Below are positions 34,956 through 47,401 of a stretch of DNA of 64,000 nucleotides, in pieces. Numbering within the stretch: the first letter of the stretch is position 1; every line of letters begins with the position of its first letter. Origin of the DNA: Fimicolochytrium jonesii (Eukaryota); assembly GCF_025526975.1 (NCBI RefSeq), contig NW_026515693.1, positions 310,001 through 374,000 on the forward strand, written 5' to 3'. The notes under the pieces are model-generated. The model did not search any database. It had not been told where the DNA came from and was given only the letters and a program-made list of their open reading frames with translations. The position numbers and the translations under genes are program-made.

Positions 34956-36692
34956 ATGGCCGCCAAACTAACTGCAACCCTGGCCGTCCTTGTCGCCACA
35001 ACCGCAAACCTCGTCGCAGCCCAAAAGTACCCTTTCATGCCCACAGAATGGCCCAGTCAGGACCAGAACCAGTTCATCACTGGAAGACTCTTGGAGGCTC
35101 CCCTCATTCTCGACGGAATGAAGAAGGTTCAGGCCGCCGTTCCCGAAAATATCCTTGCCTTGCCCGTCGCCGAATTCCACAATTACTCAAACACCACTTA
35201 CCCTGGGTGTACCCCCTCTGAATTGCCTGCGGGAATGACTGTGAACCTCAATTCTAGTAAGTTTCCGTGCGATAGTTCCGAGCCATAGGAGAAGGCCAGC
35301 AATGGCGAGCCCCAACTGGGCCGTGGGCCTAGCAATGCTAGAGGCGTGAGCTATGCGAGCCGCGAGCGAAACGACCGTGGGTGTTGTACCACAACGAGCG
35401 AACGCCTTCTGGTTTGCGAGCCTCAGCGAACGTCAGATCTTTTAGCGAGCGAAGCGAGCTACGCTCCGCCCACCGCAATGGTCGATTATCGATGACGATT
35501 CGTCGATGGTTGATGGTTGATGGTCGATGGGTTTTGGTTGTTCGTCCGATGGGTTGATGGTTGTTGGTCGTTGGTTTGACGGGTGATGGTTTGCTGTCGC
35601 TCAAAGTGGCTTTCGCTCACGCCGCCTCATCTTCTTTTCTTAGCCCAAGCACAAGCCGCCTGCTGGTGGCCCAGCAACAACTGCATTCGCACGACCGCCA
35701 CCTCCTACTACCAACCGGACATTGTCCGCTGCAAAGGCCAAAACGTATGGGGTTTAACCTACGACGACGGACCAACAGTCGCCACCGCCGACAACGTCGC
35801 GACGCGGAATATCACGGACATACTAGGGCGCCTCGGCGCCAAAGCCACCTTCTTCGTAGCCGGCTCTGCTGTCTCCAACGCTCCAGGGGAATTGCGCAGG
35901 GCTTTCAGCGAAGGACATGAGATCGCCGTCCACACATGGACGCATCACCCGCTGACAACCCTCACGAATGCGCAGATTGTCGCGGAGATTCTGTACACTG
36001 AAGCGAAGATCTACTCTATTCTCGGTGTTGTGCCGCGGTTTTTCCGTCCGCCGTACGGCGATGTGGATGATCGGGTCCGGGGAATCATTTCGGCGTTAGG
36101 GTACGTTTTTCGAACCGCTGCTTGTATTGGCTTCATCTATAGACTCCGCTTACACTCTGCATTCCCAGATATCTTAACGTCATTTGGACAACTGAGCCGC
36201 TCAACAACCTGTACCGCGACACTCGAGACGCCGAGCACGTCTCGAGTGCCGCGGACATGGCCTCAGTGGTCACCGAAGTTGAAAAGTGGTTCGTCGAGCA
36301 GCCCGGGTTCATTTCCCTGGAGCACGACAGTAAGTCCCCTTCCCCGTCCCTCTCCCACATCCCACACCGCTCATCTAACTCCCATGTTTTTTCAAATCCT
36401 GCGCCAAAAAGTCAACCCAAACACCTCAACAATCGCCATAAATCTCCTCTCCAGAATCGAATCCATGGGTCCCGCCTTCCCGTTGAAACTCAAACCCATC
36501 GGCGAGTGCTACAACATCGCGCCCTACATGAACGTGCAGCCGGGGCAGGCGCTGCCGCCGTTGCCGGAGTATAGGGCGAACCCGACGGATGTTGCGAGTG
36601 GGGCGCTTGGTACGGGGGTTGGGGTGGCGGTTTGGAGGCGGGTGACGGTGGCGGTTGTGGCCGGGTTGGTGGCGGTTATGGCGTTGGTGTGA
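34956..36692 (+). CDS. Secreted/GPI-type chitin deacetylase (CE4 NodB domain), multi-exon
   Basis: Signal peptide followed by CWWP, WGLTYDDGP, KATFFVAGS, GHEIAVHTWTH, FFRPPYGDVDDRVR and ISLEHD, with a hydrophobic C-tail. Intron 1 is 35257-35643. Confidence 0.92.
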
Positions 36693-37287
36693 GGCGTGTG
36701 AAACCGGGTTCGGTTGGGTTCCCTTCGGCGTATTTCATCACGACGAACGCAAGATTTTGTTTCGGGCGCTAGTATATTCTAGATCTTCCAGAAGGCACCA
36801 AGACATTTTACAAATCAGTACATAGACACTTTCCACCCCCTTCTCCCATGTTCGGATCTGCGGCGTAAGAAAACAGTCAGTACCGTTACCTTTGTTTATA
36901 GATTTCTTTTTCCTTGTTGTGCATATCAGTACATTCCGGTTTTCTCAGTCGGCCCGTCCCTGTGACCCACGCAATCCGAGTCCACTACTTGTCAAAGAGA
37001 ATCTTGCGAAACGAGAAATAAATTACATGGGGACGTACGACGACGTAAAAAGGGGAACATAATCTATGTACAGGAGGGATGGAAATCAGACGATTGTTCT
37101 GAAAAGAACAGGTTGATTGGTTGGGGGAAGAACCATGAAGCGACATAGAAGCCGGACATGCAGAGACGAAAACCCCGATATGGATGCAAGAGCTGGGGGG
37201 ATCTCTGCATCCACACCTCGTCTCGGGCTCTATGGGGATCGTGGGAACTGCGGGTGATCCATGAAGGCCCACCATCCACAGTCCACA

Positions 37288-38578
37288 TCACTCCGGCCTC
37301 AAAAACCCCGCCTTCTTCCCCCCACTCAAGTCCTCCACCTCCCCCCGTACCCTCGCCTCCTCGGCCCGTTTCGCACTTCCCCTGAACCGCGTCGCCGTCC
37401 CCGGTCCCTCTCGCGCCGCGTTCGTCGTCGTCGTTGCTGCCCGTTTGCCGGTGGGGGGGGTGTCACCGCTTTCGGATTGGGCGGAGGCGGGCCGTTTGCG
37501 TTTACTGGATTTGGAGGCGCCTATTGTTTGGAACCGGTCGACCATTTCTTGTGCCGAGACGGATTCGCGGCCTTCGACTTCTTGCGCGCGTTTTAGGCGG
37601 GCGGATTTGGTTGCTTCTTCGTCTAGTTTCTGGTTGGGGGGGAGGGGGTTAGCGGCTCGTTCAAAGATGCGATCGTGAAAGCAGAGCGTTCAATCGGTCA
37701 ATTGATCCGTTGCGGCATCCACCGCCCTTTTCTCATCGTCGCTTCCCACACTGAACACTGAACACCAGTAGCCAGAGCGGGACCTGCATTCGCCCGGGAA
37801 GCACAATCAACACATAGAAATGACAGACAACATACCTCAATCTCCTTATTGAAACTTCCAAAGGACTTGCGGCCAAAGCTGGATTCCATGAACGGGACGT
37901 GGCTATTATCGTAATCGAACTGCACGCTGTTGATGGATGCAGAGACCAGGTAAGTCCCCTACCCAGCGGTTCGCCCAAAGCCCGTTCAAATTCCAGATGG
38001 CCGTCCCGCATCAACCATCCCAGCCCTCGCACAGCCGTCTCCCCCGTCTCTGCATTTTCGGACATACCTATCCCGCTCATCAAACCCAAACCCTTCAAGC
38101 ACCCACTGCGCCTCCTTCGCGGCCTGTTTCTGCTCCTCTTCGAGCTTTTGCCGCACTTTCGCTTCCTCCGCGCGGTGCATGAACTAATCAAGGTAAGAAG
38201 GAAGCGTGGCGGTTAGAGATCGTTGTCGTACGGGTCGTCGATACTTCGGGTATTCGCCAAATGCCGGACATGATCTTGTCCCAGGAGGGAACAGGCAGTC
38301 TCCGCCCCAGGCGTCTTCTTATCGCTCCTGCTCCTCTATCTTCGGGAGTACTCTCCCATTGACAGACAGCGGGGCTCGCTATGGCTCAACCGTTCCTGTC
38401 CCGCTCGACAGCTCGGTTTCCAACCCAATCACAGGTGCCCCTCGTCTGTATGACCTCCCCCGCAATGCCCACGGAAATGTCGCACTTCGATACATGCTCT
38501 ACCCCTCCTCAAAACGCTCGGCCGTACCTTGAGCGCTAGTACACTCGTTGAGAGCGCTTTCACTTCTTTCGATGCCAT
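37288..38578 (-). CDS. MPP6: M-phase phosphoprotein 6-like exosome cofactor, multi-exon
   Basis: Spliced LSTSVLALK|FMHRAEE and SFGRKSFGSFNKEIE, with a basic C-terminus. Confidence 0.7.
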
Positions 38579-38686
38579 GATTGCTATGCTTTTCGAAAAT
38601 TTGCTCGCCAGTCGGAAGTTGGAGTTCGATTTTGGTGGAGTGCAAGACAAGGCCCTGTATGCTGTGAGACCGGTGCCGGCGTGGTT

Positions 38687-38902
38687 GATAAATATTGTGA
38701 ATGACGAAGAAAGACTCCGGAGACTTCGTTGATGGTTTTTGTCGTTGGTGAAGTTGGCGAAAAGGGCGAAGTGCCTTCCTTACTTTCCTCACGCGATAAA
38801 TATTGTGAATGACGAAGAAAGACTCCGGAGACTTCGTTGATGGTTTTTGTCGTTGGTGAAGTTGGCGAAAAGGGCGAAGTGCCTTCCTTACTTTCCTCAC
38901 GC
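38687..38902. repeat. Perfect 108-bp tandem duplication in the MPP6/DHHC divergent promoter
   Basis: 38687-38794 is identical to 38795-38902. Confidence 0.95.
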
Positions 38903-39148
38903 GTACATACAGTACAGTAAGGTCCAACGAATTCGCACAAAAGCCCACGGCCGGTGAGCTGCTAGCCCGAACAGACAAGTAGCTCCTTCCTGTCGAGGCT
39001 CTTCAGAAGCAGTTGAAAGGCTAGCAGTCAAGCACCGTCCCGTTGGCACAGCTGTCTGCCTGATCTACATACAGTGTACTCGCCGTCAGCGACACTCCGC
39101 CCTCTGAGAAACAAGAAACAACGAATTCCGCCGTCACCGCACGCCGTT

Positions 39149-40333
39149 ATGCGAATCCTATGGCATTCGGCCGTCCACCGGCTCGAAGCCTGTGCCTACA
39201 ATTGCTTCAACGGCTTCGTCTGGGTCGCCGGGCCCGCCTTCATTCTGATAGCAGTGTCACTGGTCTCCGGCGTAGCTTACATATATTTCACCGTTAACCT
39301 CCCGTACCTTTTCCCCGCGGACACCACTCACCCGACACTGAAAGCTGCTAATGTCATATGGGCGATGTACCTGTTGGTGTGCTTGGCGTTTCACTATACT
39401 CAGTGTATACGAGTGAAACCGGGGAGTCCGCCATATCGGCCGGAGAAGAACGTGCAGCAGGAGCGGGGTGCGGAGGGAGGGGCGAGCAACGATGATTTTA
39501 GGATAGATGTGACGAGTGGGACGGATACGGAGCTCTTACTGCGATCGGACAATGCCTCATCGAGTACAGCGGTCGGGGACGGCGTGGGGTTACAAGGGAG
39601 GACGACATCATCCGGAATATCCCCAGTCGCAGCAAGTACAGTCAGCAGCAGCACACCTCGGCAAGACGAGCACCGACCACGAAAGCGGCACTGCAAAAAA
39701 TGCCACAACTGGAAGCCCGACCGAGCACATCACTGCAGCGTCTGCCAATCCTGCGTCCTCAAGATGGACCACCACTGCCCCTGGATCCACAACTGCGTCG
39801 GGTACCACAACCACCGCTACTTCTACCTCTTCCTTCTCTACATGTTCCTCGCGTGCGTCTACTACACCGCGATATCGGTCAGCATGTTTCGGTACGAGAT
39901 CTTGGATTTTGGGAAGTTTAACTGGCCATTTGAGGAGGCGCGCATGGGCTTTGTGTTTTCGTTTGTGCTGGCTGTTGCGATCGCTATTGCGATGGGCGGG
40001 TTTTTGGCCTGGCATACATTCCTCGTTGCGACGGCACAGACTACGATCGAGTACTATTCGAATCAGTACGAGGCGTATGAGGCAAAGGCCTGTGGAGAGG
40101 TATGTTGGCCTGCTGTCTGGGCGTTATGCCAATCGGGGACATGTGTTCTCACATTCCGGTTCCATCAGATATTCTACAACGAATACGACATGGGCCCTCG
40201 TCGGAATTTTGCAAACTTCTTCAACATCGGCCCACGGTACAAATGGTGGACCGTCCTTCTCCCCATCCCTATCCCGGCCCAGGGCGACGGCCTGCATATG
40301 CAAAGGGCTATGGATGTCGATTATTATCCGTGA
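39149..40333 (+). CDS. DHHC palmitoyltransferase
   Basis: Encodes [42 protein letters not shown] and four TM segments. A 69-nt intron is likely at 40100-40168. Confidence 0.95.
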   Translation: MRILWHSAVHRLEACAYNCFNGFVWVAGPAFILIAVSLVSGVAYIYFTVNLPYLFPADTTHPTLKAANVIWAMYLLVCLAFHYTQCIRVKPGSPPYRPEKNVQQERGAEGGASNDDFRIDVTSGTDTELLLRSDNASSSTAVGDGVGLQGRTTSSGISPVAASTVSSSTPRQDEHRPRKRHCKKCHNWKPDRAHHCSVCQSCVLKMDHHCPWIHNCVGYHNHRYFYLFLLYMFLACVYYTAISVSMFRYEILDFGKFNWPFEEARMGFVFSFVLAVAIAIAMGGFLAWHTFLVATAQTTIEYYSNQYEAYEAKACGEVCWPAVWALCQSGTCVLTFRFHQIFYNEYDMGPRRNFANFFNIGPRYKWWTVLLPIPIPAQGDGLHMQRAMDVDYYP

Positions 40334-40554
40334 TGTCGTTGACATGTTAGAGTGAGGAGATACTCGCCCGTTGGGCATCATTCTATCTAATCTATCTAGC
40401 TAGCAAACGCCTGCATCACTTTGACGTGCAAGAGTACGCCGGCCGTGGTATCTTGACGTAACCTAGGCGCAAAAAGGTGTGCAGCCATAATCTGTATATA
40501 GCTCATCCCACAATCAACATGCTCGCTCAGCTGGGCAGAGGCGTGCAGGTCACC

Positions 40555-43500
40555 TCAAATCTTTCCGGTATACCGATGATGTGCCTCCCAATCCGCAACC
40601 ATAGCCTTCAACAACGGCCTACTCCCTCCATGCGGGTCCAACGCCGCAAGCACAGCCTCCCGTCCATGGTCCCCACACAAATCCAGCAGCGTGTAGATCC
40701 CCTCCATAAGCGCCGCCTTGACATCTGCAGGAAAGGGGCGCACGGAGGCTTGGATGTGCAGGATGGTGGAGAGCAGGAACGGGGCGTGCTTCATGATGGG
40801 TTTCACGGTTGCTGAGGCGGCGGTTGCTGCTGACGCTGTTGTTGTAGTTGCGGAGGTGGATGTTGTGGCGCGTTCGGAAAGCTGGGCTTTCTGGCCGAGG
40901 GCGACGAGGATGCGGGAGAGGTCAGATGCTGATGAGGTGGGAAAGGGTGCGTATTGGGCGAGGAGGGACACGGTTTCTATTTGGATGATTAGTTTGGCGG
41001 GTGCACTTGTGGCGGTGAGTGACGATGCGTTGGGTAGCTGGGTTGTGGTTGTGAAGGGTTGGGCTACATCCCACGTTGTGGGTATGTCGCTTTTGGCATG
41101 ATGCCGAGCGGTTCGCGGTCCGTTCACTTCGCCTCCTGTTCGCTTGCGGAAACACTACATCGGAGAGTTGGGCAGATGTTAGTCAATAGATTCATGAGAA
41201 TATCCGAGGCATCGGCTGCTACGCACCATGAGCAAATCCCGTATCAACCCAATCAAGCTCGGAATGACAGGAACCAAAAGCTCCTTCCTGAACTTCAACA
41301 ACGCCAATAACAGCCGATACACAGCATCAAAAAGCTCCACCGCCTCCTTCGGCGCCGCCTCCCCACCCTTCCGCAACGGCATTGCATCTCTCAACCCCGA
41401 CGAGTTGGCCGTAATAGCGGCAACAGCGCCAAGAATGAACGCGACGTCCGAGTGCCGCATCTTCAGATACTTGTCCATGCTTGCCCGCGTCAGCAGGTGG
41501 AGGATTTCCATCGCTGTTGGGAAGGAGGTTGTTACCTGCAGCACCTGAGCGAGTTTGGCGAGAAGGTTTGGCAGGGCTTTTTTGACGACGCTTCGGCCTA
41601 CGGCCCGGTTCTCGCCGGTGAGGATGAGGTGGACTGCTTTGATTAGCGGGAGGGAGTCGGCGGCCGCACGGACTGGAGCGTCGTTGTCTGCCACGAACAC
41701 AGATATCCGAGATGGCTCGCGTTCCAGTTTGTCCAGGAAGTATGCCGTCAGAGCAAGGTACTGCTCTTTCGATGTTTCACGTACCAACGACCCCAGACAT
41801 TTAGCGCACGTCTCGATGGCCTCATCTGCCTGCGATGCTGAGGTCGACGCTGTACCCATGATGAACTCCAGAAGCTGACAGATCGACCGGATAGCGTCGC
41901 TCGTACCAAAGCTGGTCAACTCCTTGATGTTGGCAGAGAACACAGCGAGCAGGTCGGCGACCAGCAGAGTGATCTGTGCATGCAAGGCCAGGTCGCCAAC
42001 CGCCTCGGTCGGTGAAGCACGCAACAATTGCATCGCCCCAGTAAGCAACGGCGCAAGGAACATCATCAGCTTATCCCCATGCGCATCACCCTCAAAATGA
42101 TGATACTTAAGCACCAACTGGAACACCTCAAGAGCCGCTCGCGCGGTCTTGCATCCCTCCACATTGAGCGGTGGGCGATCAACCTCCATATCGTCTTCCG
42201 AGGGAATGGTCAACGCGCCCATGGTCTTGAACACCTCTGCCTCAAAGCCCTGCACGAGTGCCGAAAGCCCACTGTCCGTCTCTGCGTTCGCGAGCGGGGC
42301 ATCGCTCTTTGCTGATCGTTTCTTGCGGGCTTCGAGCCACGAGAGGATCGGTCGCATGACATGTGCTGCCAAGTTGAATTTCTCCATGTCATCGTATGTG
42401 GATTTCCATGCCGCTTTTACTGCCTCGAGGTACTCGGTTGCGGTGGGTCCTTTAGCTTGTGGTGTGGATCCGCGTTGTAACGCTTTTCGGCAGACTAGCT
42501 CCTCTATCATGAACGTCGTCTTAACAACATTGTCCATGCCGTGTTGCAAATCCGAAGCGCGATAAGCAGTTGCAGACATGAGATATACTCTCAGCATCGT
42601 GGGAGAGAACAGATTGACAGCCCGGTCTTCACGTGCGCGCATGTAGCGATATAGCAAAGATCGACATAAGCCGATGTATGCAATAGCCGTCTTTGTCGGT
42701 TGTTCTCGCTCGTACGTCGGCTTTTGCAAAACTGCAACGGAAAGCGGGAGTTCCAGATTTATGGCAATGAAAATCATTGCATCCCGCTCCGCAACACTGA
42801 AATACGACGACGGCAGTGCGGACAGCGCTGTAACTAGCGGAAGAGCCTCCTTTACATAGCGTTCCGGGTCGTCGACGAGTGGAGACTTGACGGACAAGAC
42901 ATTCTGCAAGTACTGCAGAGCCTCCTCCTCGCTCCGCTGACCGCTCCCAAATTCGACAGCTCCGCCCAGCGCAACCAAGAAATCCATATCGGTTGAGGGA
43001 TCGGCGAAGACCGTTTGAATGCGCTTGATTAGTCCGGGAACCAGGATGTTCCTGATCGCTCGAAGCTCGTAGAACGCTGTGCTTCGCAGTAACTCGAACG
43101 AGACGGATCGCATTGAATGTTGCGAAGGTCCCAAGGCGGAATTCTCCTCAGTGTGTTCAAGTGAATTTAGGATGGTATTCACGGCGAACTTGACGTCCTC
43201 TTCTCCTGCCAACCGGCTGATTGCCGGAAGATGGTTCGCAATAACGCCCCAGAGCGCAACTACAGCGTTTTCCTCCGTGATGGATGACACGCGCCCGTCC
43301 CACGATGCACCCTTAGGGCGATGGAACTTGGCCCGGCGGCTGAGTTCGGCATACTCCGCGATGATCTCCCGCACGATATCGTCACATCCCGCGACTCCTA
43401 GCGGATCAACACAGGTGCTCGCAATACGATCAACATGGCACAAGGCAATGTCGTCCTTCAGATACGCTATCTTGGGATGCTGTTTTGAGAGTGGTCGCAG

Positions 43501-45622
43501 CCTTTCCATCATCCGGGTCACACCGGCGGTGCTGATATGCTGACCCCAGTAATCGGGTGCGTACTTCACCAACGTCAGTTGGAGGGAGAGGGCTGGATAG
43601 AGCTCGTAGTCGCCGGATGAGCTCAGCATCCTCTGTATGAAGTTGAGATGCAATTCCGCGACGATCTGGTCGTATGCCGCTCGTTGCCCTTGGGATATTT
43701 GTGAGTGCTGCAGGATCGTGCACAGTAGCGATACCGGCAGTTCAGCCGATCTGCCGGACCCGTCCAGTGCTTTTTTCTCCGCCACCGCTTTCGAACCCTT
43801 CCCTGTCTTCCGTTTTTTGGTTGGCGGCTGGTCTTGTGTCGATGGAAGGTACTGTTGCATGAGGGTATCGGCTATCATTCGAATCAGCTCAATGGCCTGC
43901 ACTGGCAGTAATCGTTCGCTGCACCGCGCCAGCTCATCAAATACCGCCGAAGATGAGAACACGATGCGGTCAGCACCTTGACCGCTATCTAACTGGAGCG
44001 TGCGAATAGCACGAAGATAGTCCTCAATTAGAATATTCAGACTCCTCGCTTTCGTAAACGTCGCCAAAATGACGCATATGAACGATGATGCAGAGTCTCG
44101 GGCTTCGTCTGCAGGTGAGAGCACATGTGGCCAAATGTCGCGAATGTGCGTCTCAATGATCCCGTAGTCCAACAGCAGCAGTACACCCCATCCACGGAAG
44201 ACTTGCCCGTGATGCGAAGGCGGCAGACGCGCAATGAGTTCGTAGAGCTTGCCGAACAGGGTTTGGAAGTAGCTCAACTGTCTTTTGGAGGAGGCGTCGT
44301 TGGTCGATCGGTACACGTTGCAGTCCGCGAAGGACTCTAATAGGGTCACGGAGACGGTGAGTATCCTCTGCACGCGATCGGAGATTGTTGCGTCGTATTC
44401 CGTCCCCGCGGGTATGCCCTCGAAGATCAATTTCTGTAGCTGATAGAAGAGAGCAAAGGAGGGAGGTACGCTGCTGGTTCGGAGACTCGAGTAGCGCTCG
44501 CATGAGTCGGCAAAGAGTTTGAAAAGTAGCGGGAGTGCCTCCATCGTGGCATCGGCGTCTAATTCATTCCCTTCCAGAAGTTTCCGAATGTGGTCCAGCA
44601 GCTGCTTCGGATACCCAGCTTTCTCTAGATTGACACCTTTCTTCTCGAACAGCTGATCAAGGACAGTAGCGAACTCCGGCAGATGGTCCTTGTGGAATAG
44701 GGTTCGCTGTACAAGGATTCGAGCACTCGACAGCAAATCGCTCGTGGGAACTGCAGAATGCACCGGCCTTGCTGATAGGTTCTTATGCAGTGCAAACAGC
44801 GGCAGTAGCAGCTTGCCGATGCAAGTTGTGAAGACCTTCTTCTGATTGGGATACTGCACGGCAGAGCTTGTAAGCTCCTTCAATGCCCTCGCCAAGAAGG
44901 CAGCCGACGCGCTCTCGAGTGCTAGCGAAGACGATGTCTGGTCCTCCCCCGAGTTCCTTCTCGCCAGGAGGAACAATCGTATCGCAGAATTCGTCAAGGA
45001 GACGTGCAGGTCTAGCGTGGGACGCAACACCTCCGGGAGTTCACTCGCCAACAACTGCAGATTCTCGAGGCCCAGACGCAAGAGTTCGAACGTGGAGGGA
45101 GAGTCCAAGCTTTCCGCATCTGACTCCTCCAAGTCCGCAACATCATCCAGCAGCGCTATGAAGACATCCATCATCCGAGTTCTGACGTTGTACGTTCTCA
45201 GTGGTGTCGACGCCGCCGAGGCCCCTGCCGCCCAGTTGCCCAGTTTCTGCAGTTTGCGTTTCTGCGCCGCAAAGTGTTCTAATAGCGAGTGAAGGAAGTT
45301 CCAGAAAGGGATATGCAAGTGAGGGCACTCCTGCTGCTTCCTGCGAAAGTGAACACCTCGTTAGCGCTCGACGCTTGTTACAAAAGCTAACTTCCACTTG
45401 CTGCCGGACGTACCCCAACTCCTTCTTCTTGATCCCATTGAACATCTCCGAAGTCGTCCAATCCAATAGGAGGTCATCTTTCCCCGGAACGAAAGTTATT
45501 GTGTGCTCCCAGAGGTTCTTCGCAGTGGCCAGTCGTTCAGGGGAACTCCGTGAGGCATCCCTCAGGAGCTTTGTCACTGCCTCGGCGGAAGTCGCCTGCT
45601 CCTCCGCAACCGCCTTCGCCAT
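40555..45622 (-). CDS. URB2: Nucleolar pre-ribosomal protein Urb2/Npa2, 3 exons
   Basis: Large helical protein with N-terminal FVPGKDDLLLDW and C-terminal Urb2 domain KHAPFLL..EGIYTLLDLC..HRYTGKI. Confidence 0.8.
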
Positions 45623-45850
45623 ATTCCTAGTTTTTCGTCCGCCCTATGACTTGCGCCGCTGCAACGTTGCCTCCCTATCCTGTTGGCCGAATTTTATAGC
45701 CTCTTTCGTTATTTCTGCAAACTGTGGAAACGAAAAAAGCAAACGCGTTCATTTCTCGCCTGCGTTTTCCGGCACGGCCCACTCACGCTCAGACTCACGC
45801 TCGGGCATTTCAACCCCCAGCTGCCGACAACTCGAACAACCGCAAGAGCG

Positions 45851-46918
45851 ATGCCGCCAAAACGACACGCTTCGGAGGAGGTTGCTGGCGGGCCTTCAGC
45901 GAAAAAAGCCAGGCCCGCCGGTCAAAGAGGATCACAACAAGCCGTGGCCGCCGCGGGAGCAGCCTCAAATGAAGCCCGAAGCAAAAAGTCCCACCACAAG
46001 CACCCGAACCCATTGGCTCGCAAGTACGGCCATCACCTGAAACAGCAGGGAGCGAAGGAAGGCGATACAGCTGAAGCGTCTCTCGCAAAGCTGAAGAAGC
46101 AAATACGGGACGCTCAAAGAACCTTGCGACGGCCTAATTTGACCGCGACTCAGGAAAAGGAGCTGCAACGGAGGGTGAAGGCGCTGAACTTGAAGGTGGA
46201 GGAGCAACACCAACGGAGCAAGGAGGAAGCTCTGAAAGCGAAGTACAAATACCTTCGCTTTGTCGGTATGTCTTGGGAGTCATTTAGTCGGAGGTGCATT
46301 GAACTCGTCAAGTTTGGTCCCTCTAAACTGTGGTTTACCGTGAATGACCTTCCAGAGCAGAAGAAATGCGATCGCAAAATAGCGTCCCTCCAAAAAGAGC
46401 TTGCCGAAGTAGATGATTCGGAAGAGGGCTCGGACGAACATCAGCAGATCCTGGCGGAACTTAGAACCTACGAGACGAACGCAGCATACGTGAAATACTA
46501 CCCACTGGACATGAAGTACATAGCCCTGTTTCCGAAGGAAACAACGACGGACACGCCTTCGGATGTGAAGAGGGCGAAGATATTGGAGGCTATCAGAGAA
46601 CGGCTTGACAAGGGAACGGAGCCCATCGTGATCAGAGAGAAGGATGTCTTTGAAGCGGAGGGCGCAGGCGAACAGAGTGAGGACGAAGATGGCAGTTCCG
46701 GAGACGAAGGAAAGAAAGCTGGTGAAGAGCAGGAGGGTGGAGATGATGATTTCTTCTTGGATGGGGCTGAAGCTGGTGCCGAGGAGCGCCTTGATATCCC
46801 GCGAGAGGATTACGTTCCTCCTCCAAAACCTGCTCCTCAGCAGGCACCGAAGAATAGGAAGGAACGAAGGAAACTCCTGCAGCAACAGCAGCAGAAGGAG
46901 GAGGAAGCTGATGCGTAG
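45851..46918 (+). CDS. EFG1: rRNA-processing protein Efg1
   Basis: Encodes LKKQIRDAQRTL, KYKYLRFV|EQKKCDRKI and YVKYYPLDMKYIALF, with an acidic DDDFF tail. Intron 46266-46355. Confidence 0.85.
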   Translation: MPPKRHASEEVAGGPSAKKARPAGQRGSQQAVAAAGAASNEARSKKSHHKHPNPLARKYGHHLKQQGAKEGDTAEASLAKLKKQIRDAQRTLRRPNLTATQEKELQRRVKALNLKVEEQHQRSKEEALKAKYKYLRFVGMSWESFSRRCIELVKFGPSKLWFTVNDLPEQKKCDRKIASLQKELAEVDDSEEGSDEHQQILAELRTYETNAAYVKYYPLDMKYIALFPKETTTDTPSDVKRAKILEAIRERLDKGTEPIVIREKDVFEAEGAGEQSEDEDGSSGDEGKKAGEEQEGGDDDFFLDGAEAGAEERLDIPREDYVPPPKPAPQQAPKNRKERRKLLQQQQQKEEEADA

Positions 46919-47401
46919 GAGCAGTCCATAGCGATTAAGATAGCCAACGACACCCCGATACCGGTTACCCCATCACCGTTAGCTTATACGTAGATACAAG
47001 AACTTTATCTAAATTAACATTATCAGTTCACATATTCAAGCACAAGATCATCAACATTGAGTGAATCTGGAAGCAGCCGGCCCGTAGACACAGTATAGTT
47101 GAATGTCCACACTGTGCAGTGTGGATGGTCGCCTCCCCAGTCTGGATGCGTAAGTGAATATTGGGACCGCGCCACGTCAAGCCACGTGCTGCGCCACAGC
47201 TTTTCTTGCCCAACCCCACAACGGCAATTTCACTCGGTGCTTCTCGAGGTGATCTCCGAAGGGACAAACGGCCCATTTTCCCTCCCACGACTCGTTGACT
47301 CGACGTCGAACAACAACTAGCTGCGTCGCTTTGTATAGCCGTTTGGGTTTGAGTGACCCCCACATACACCTGTGGCTTGTTGGATCTTTCGAATCGACAC
47401 A

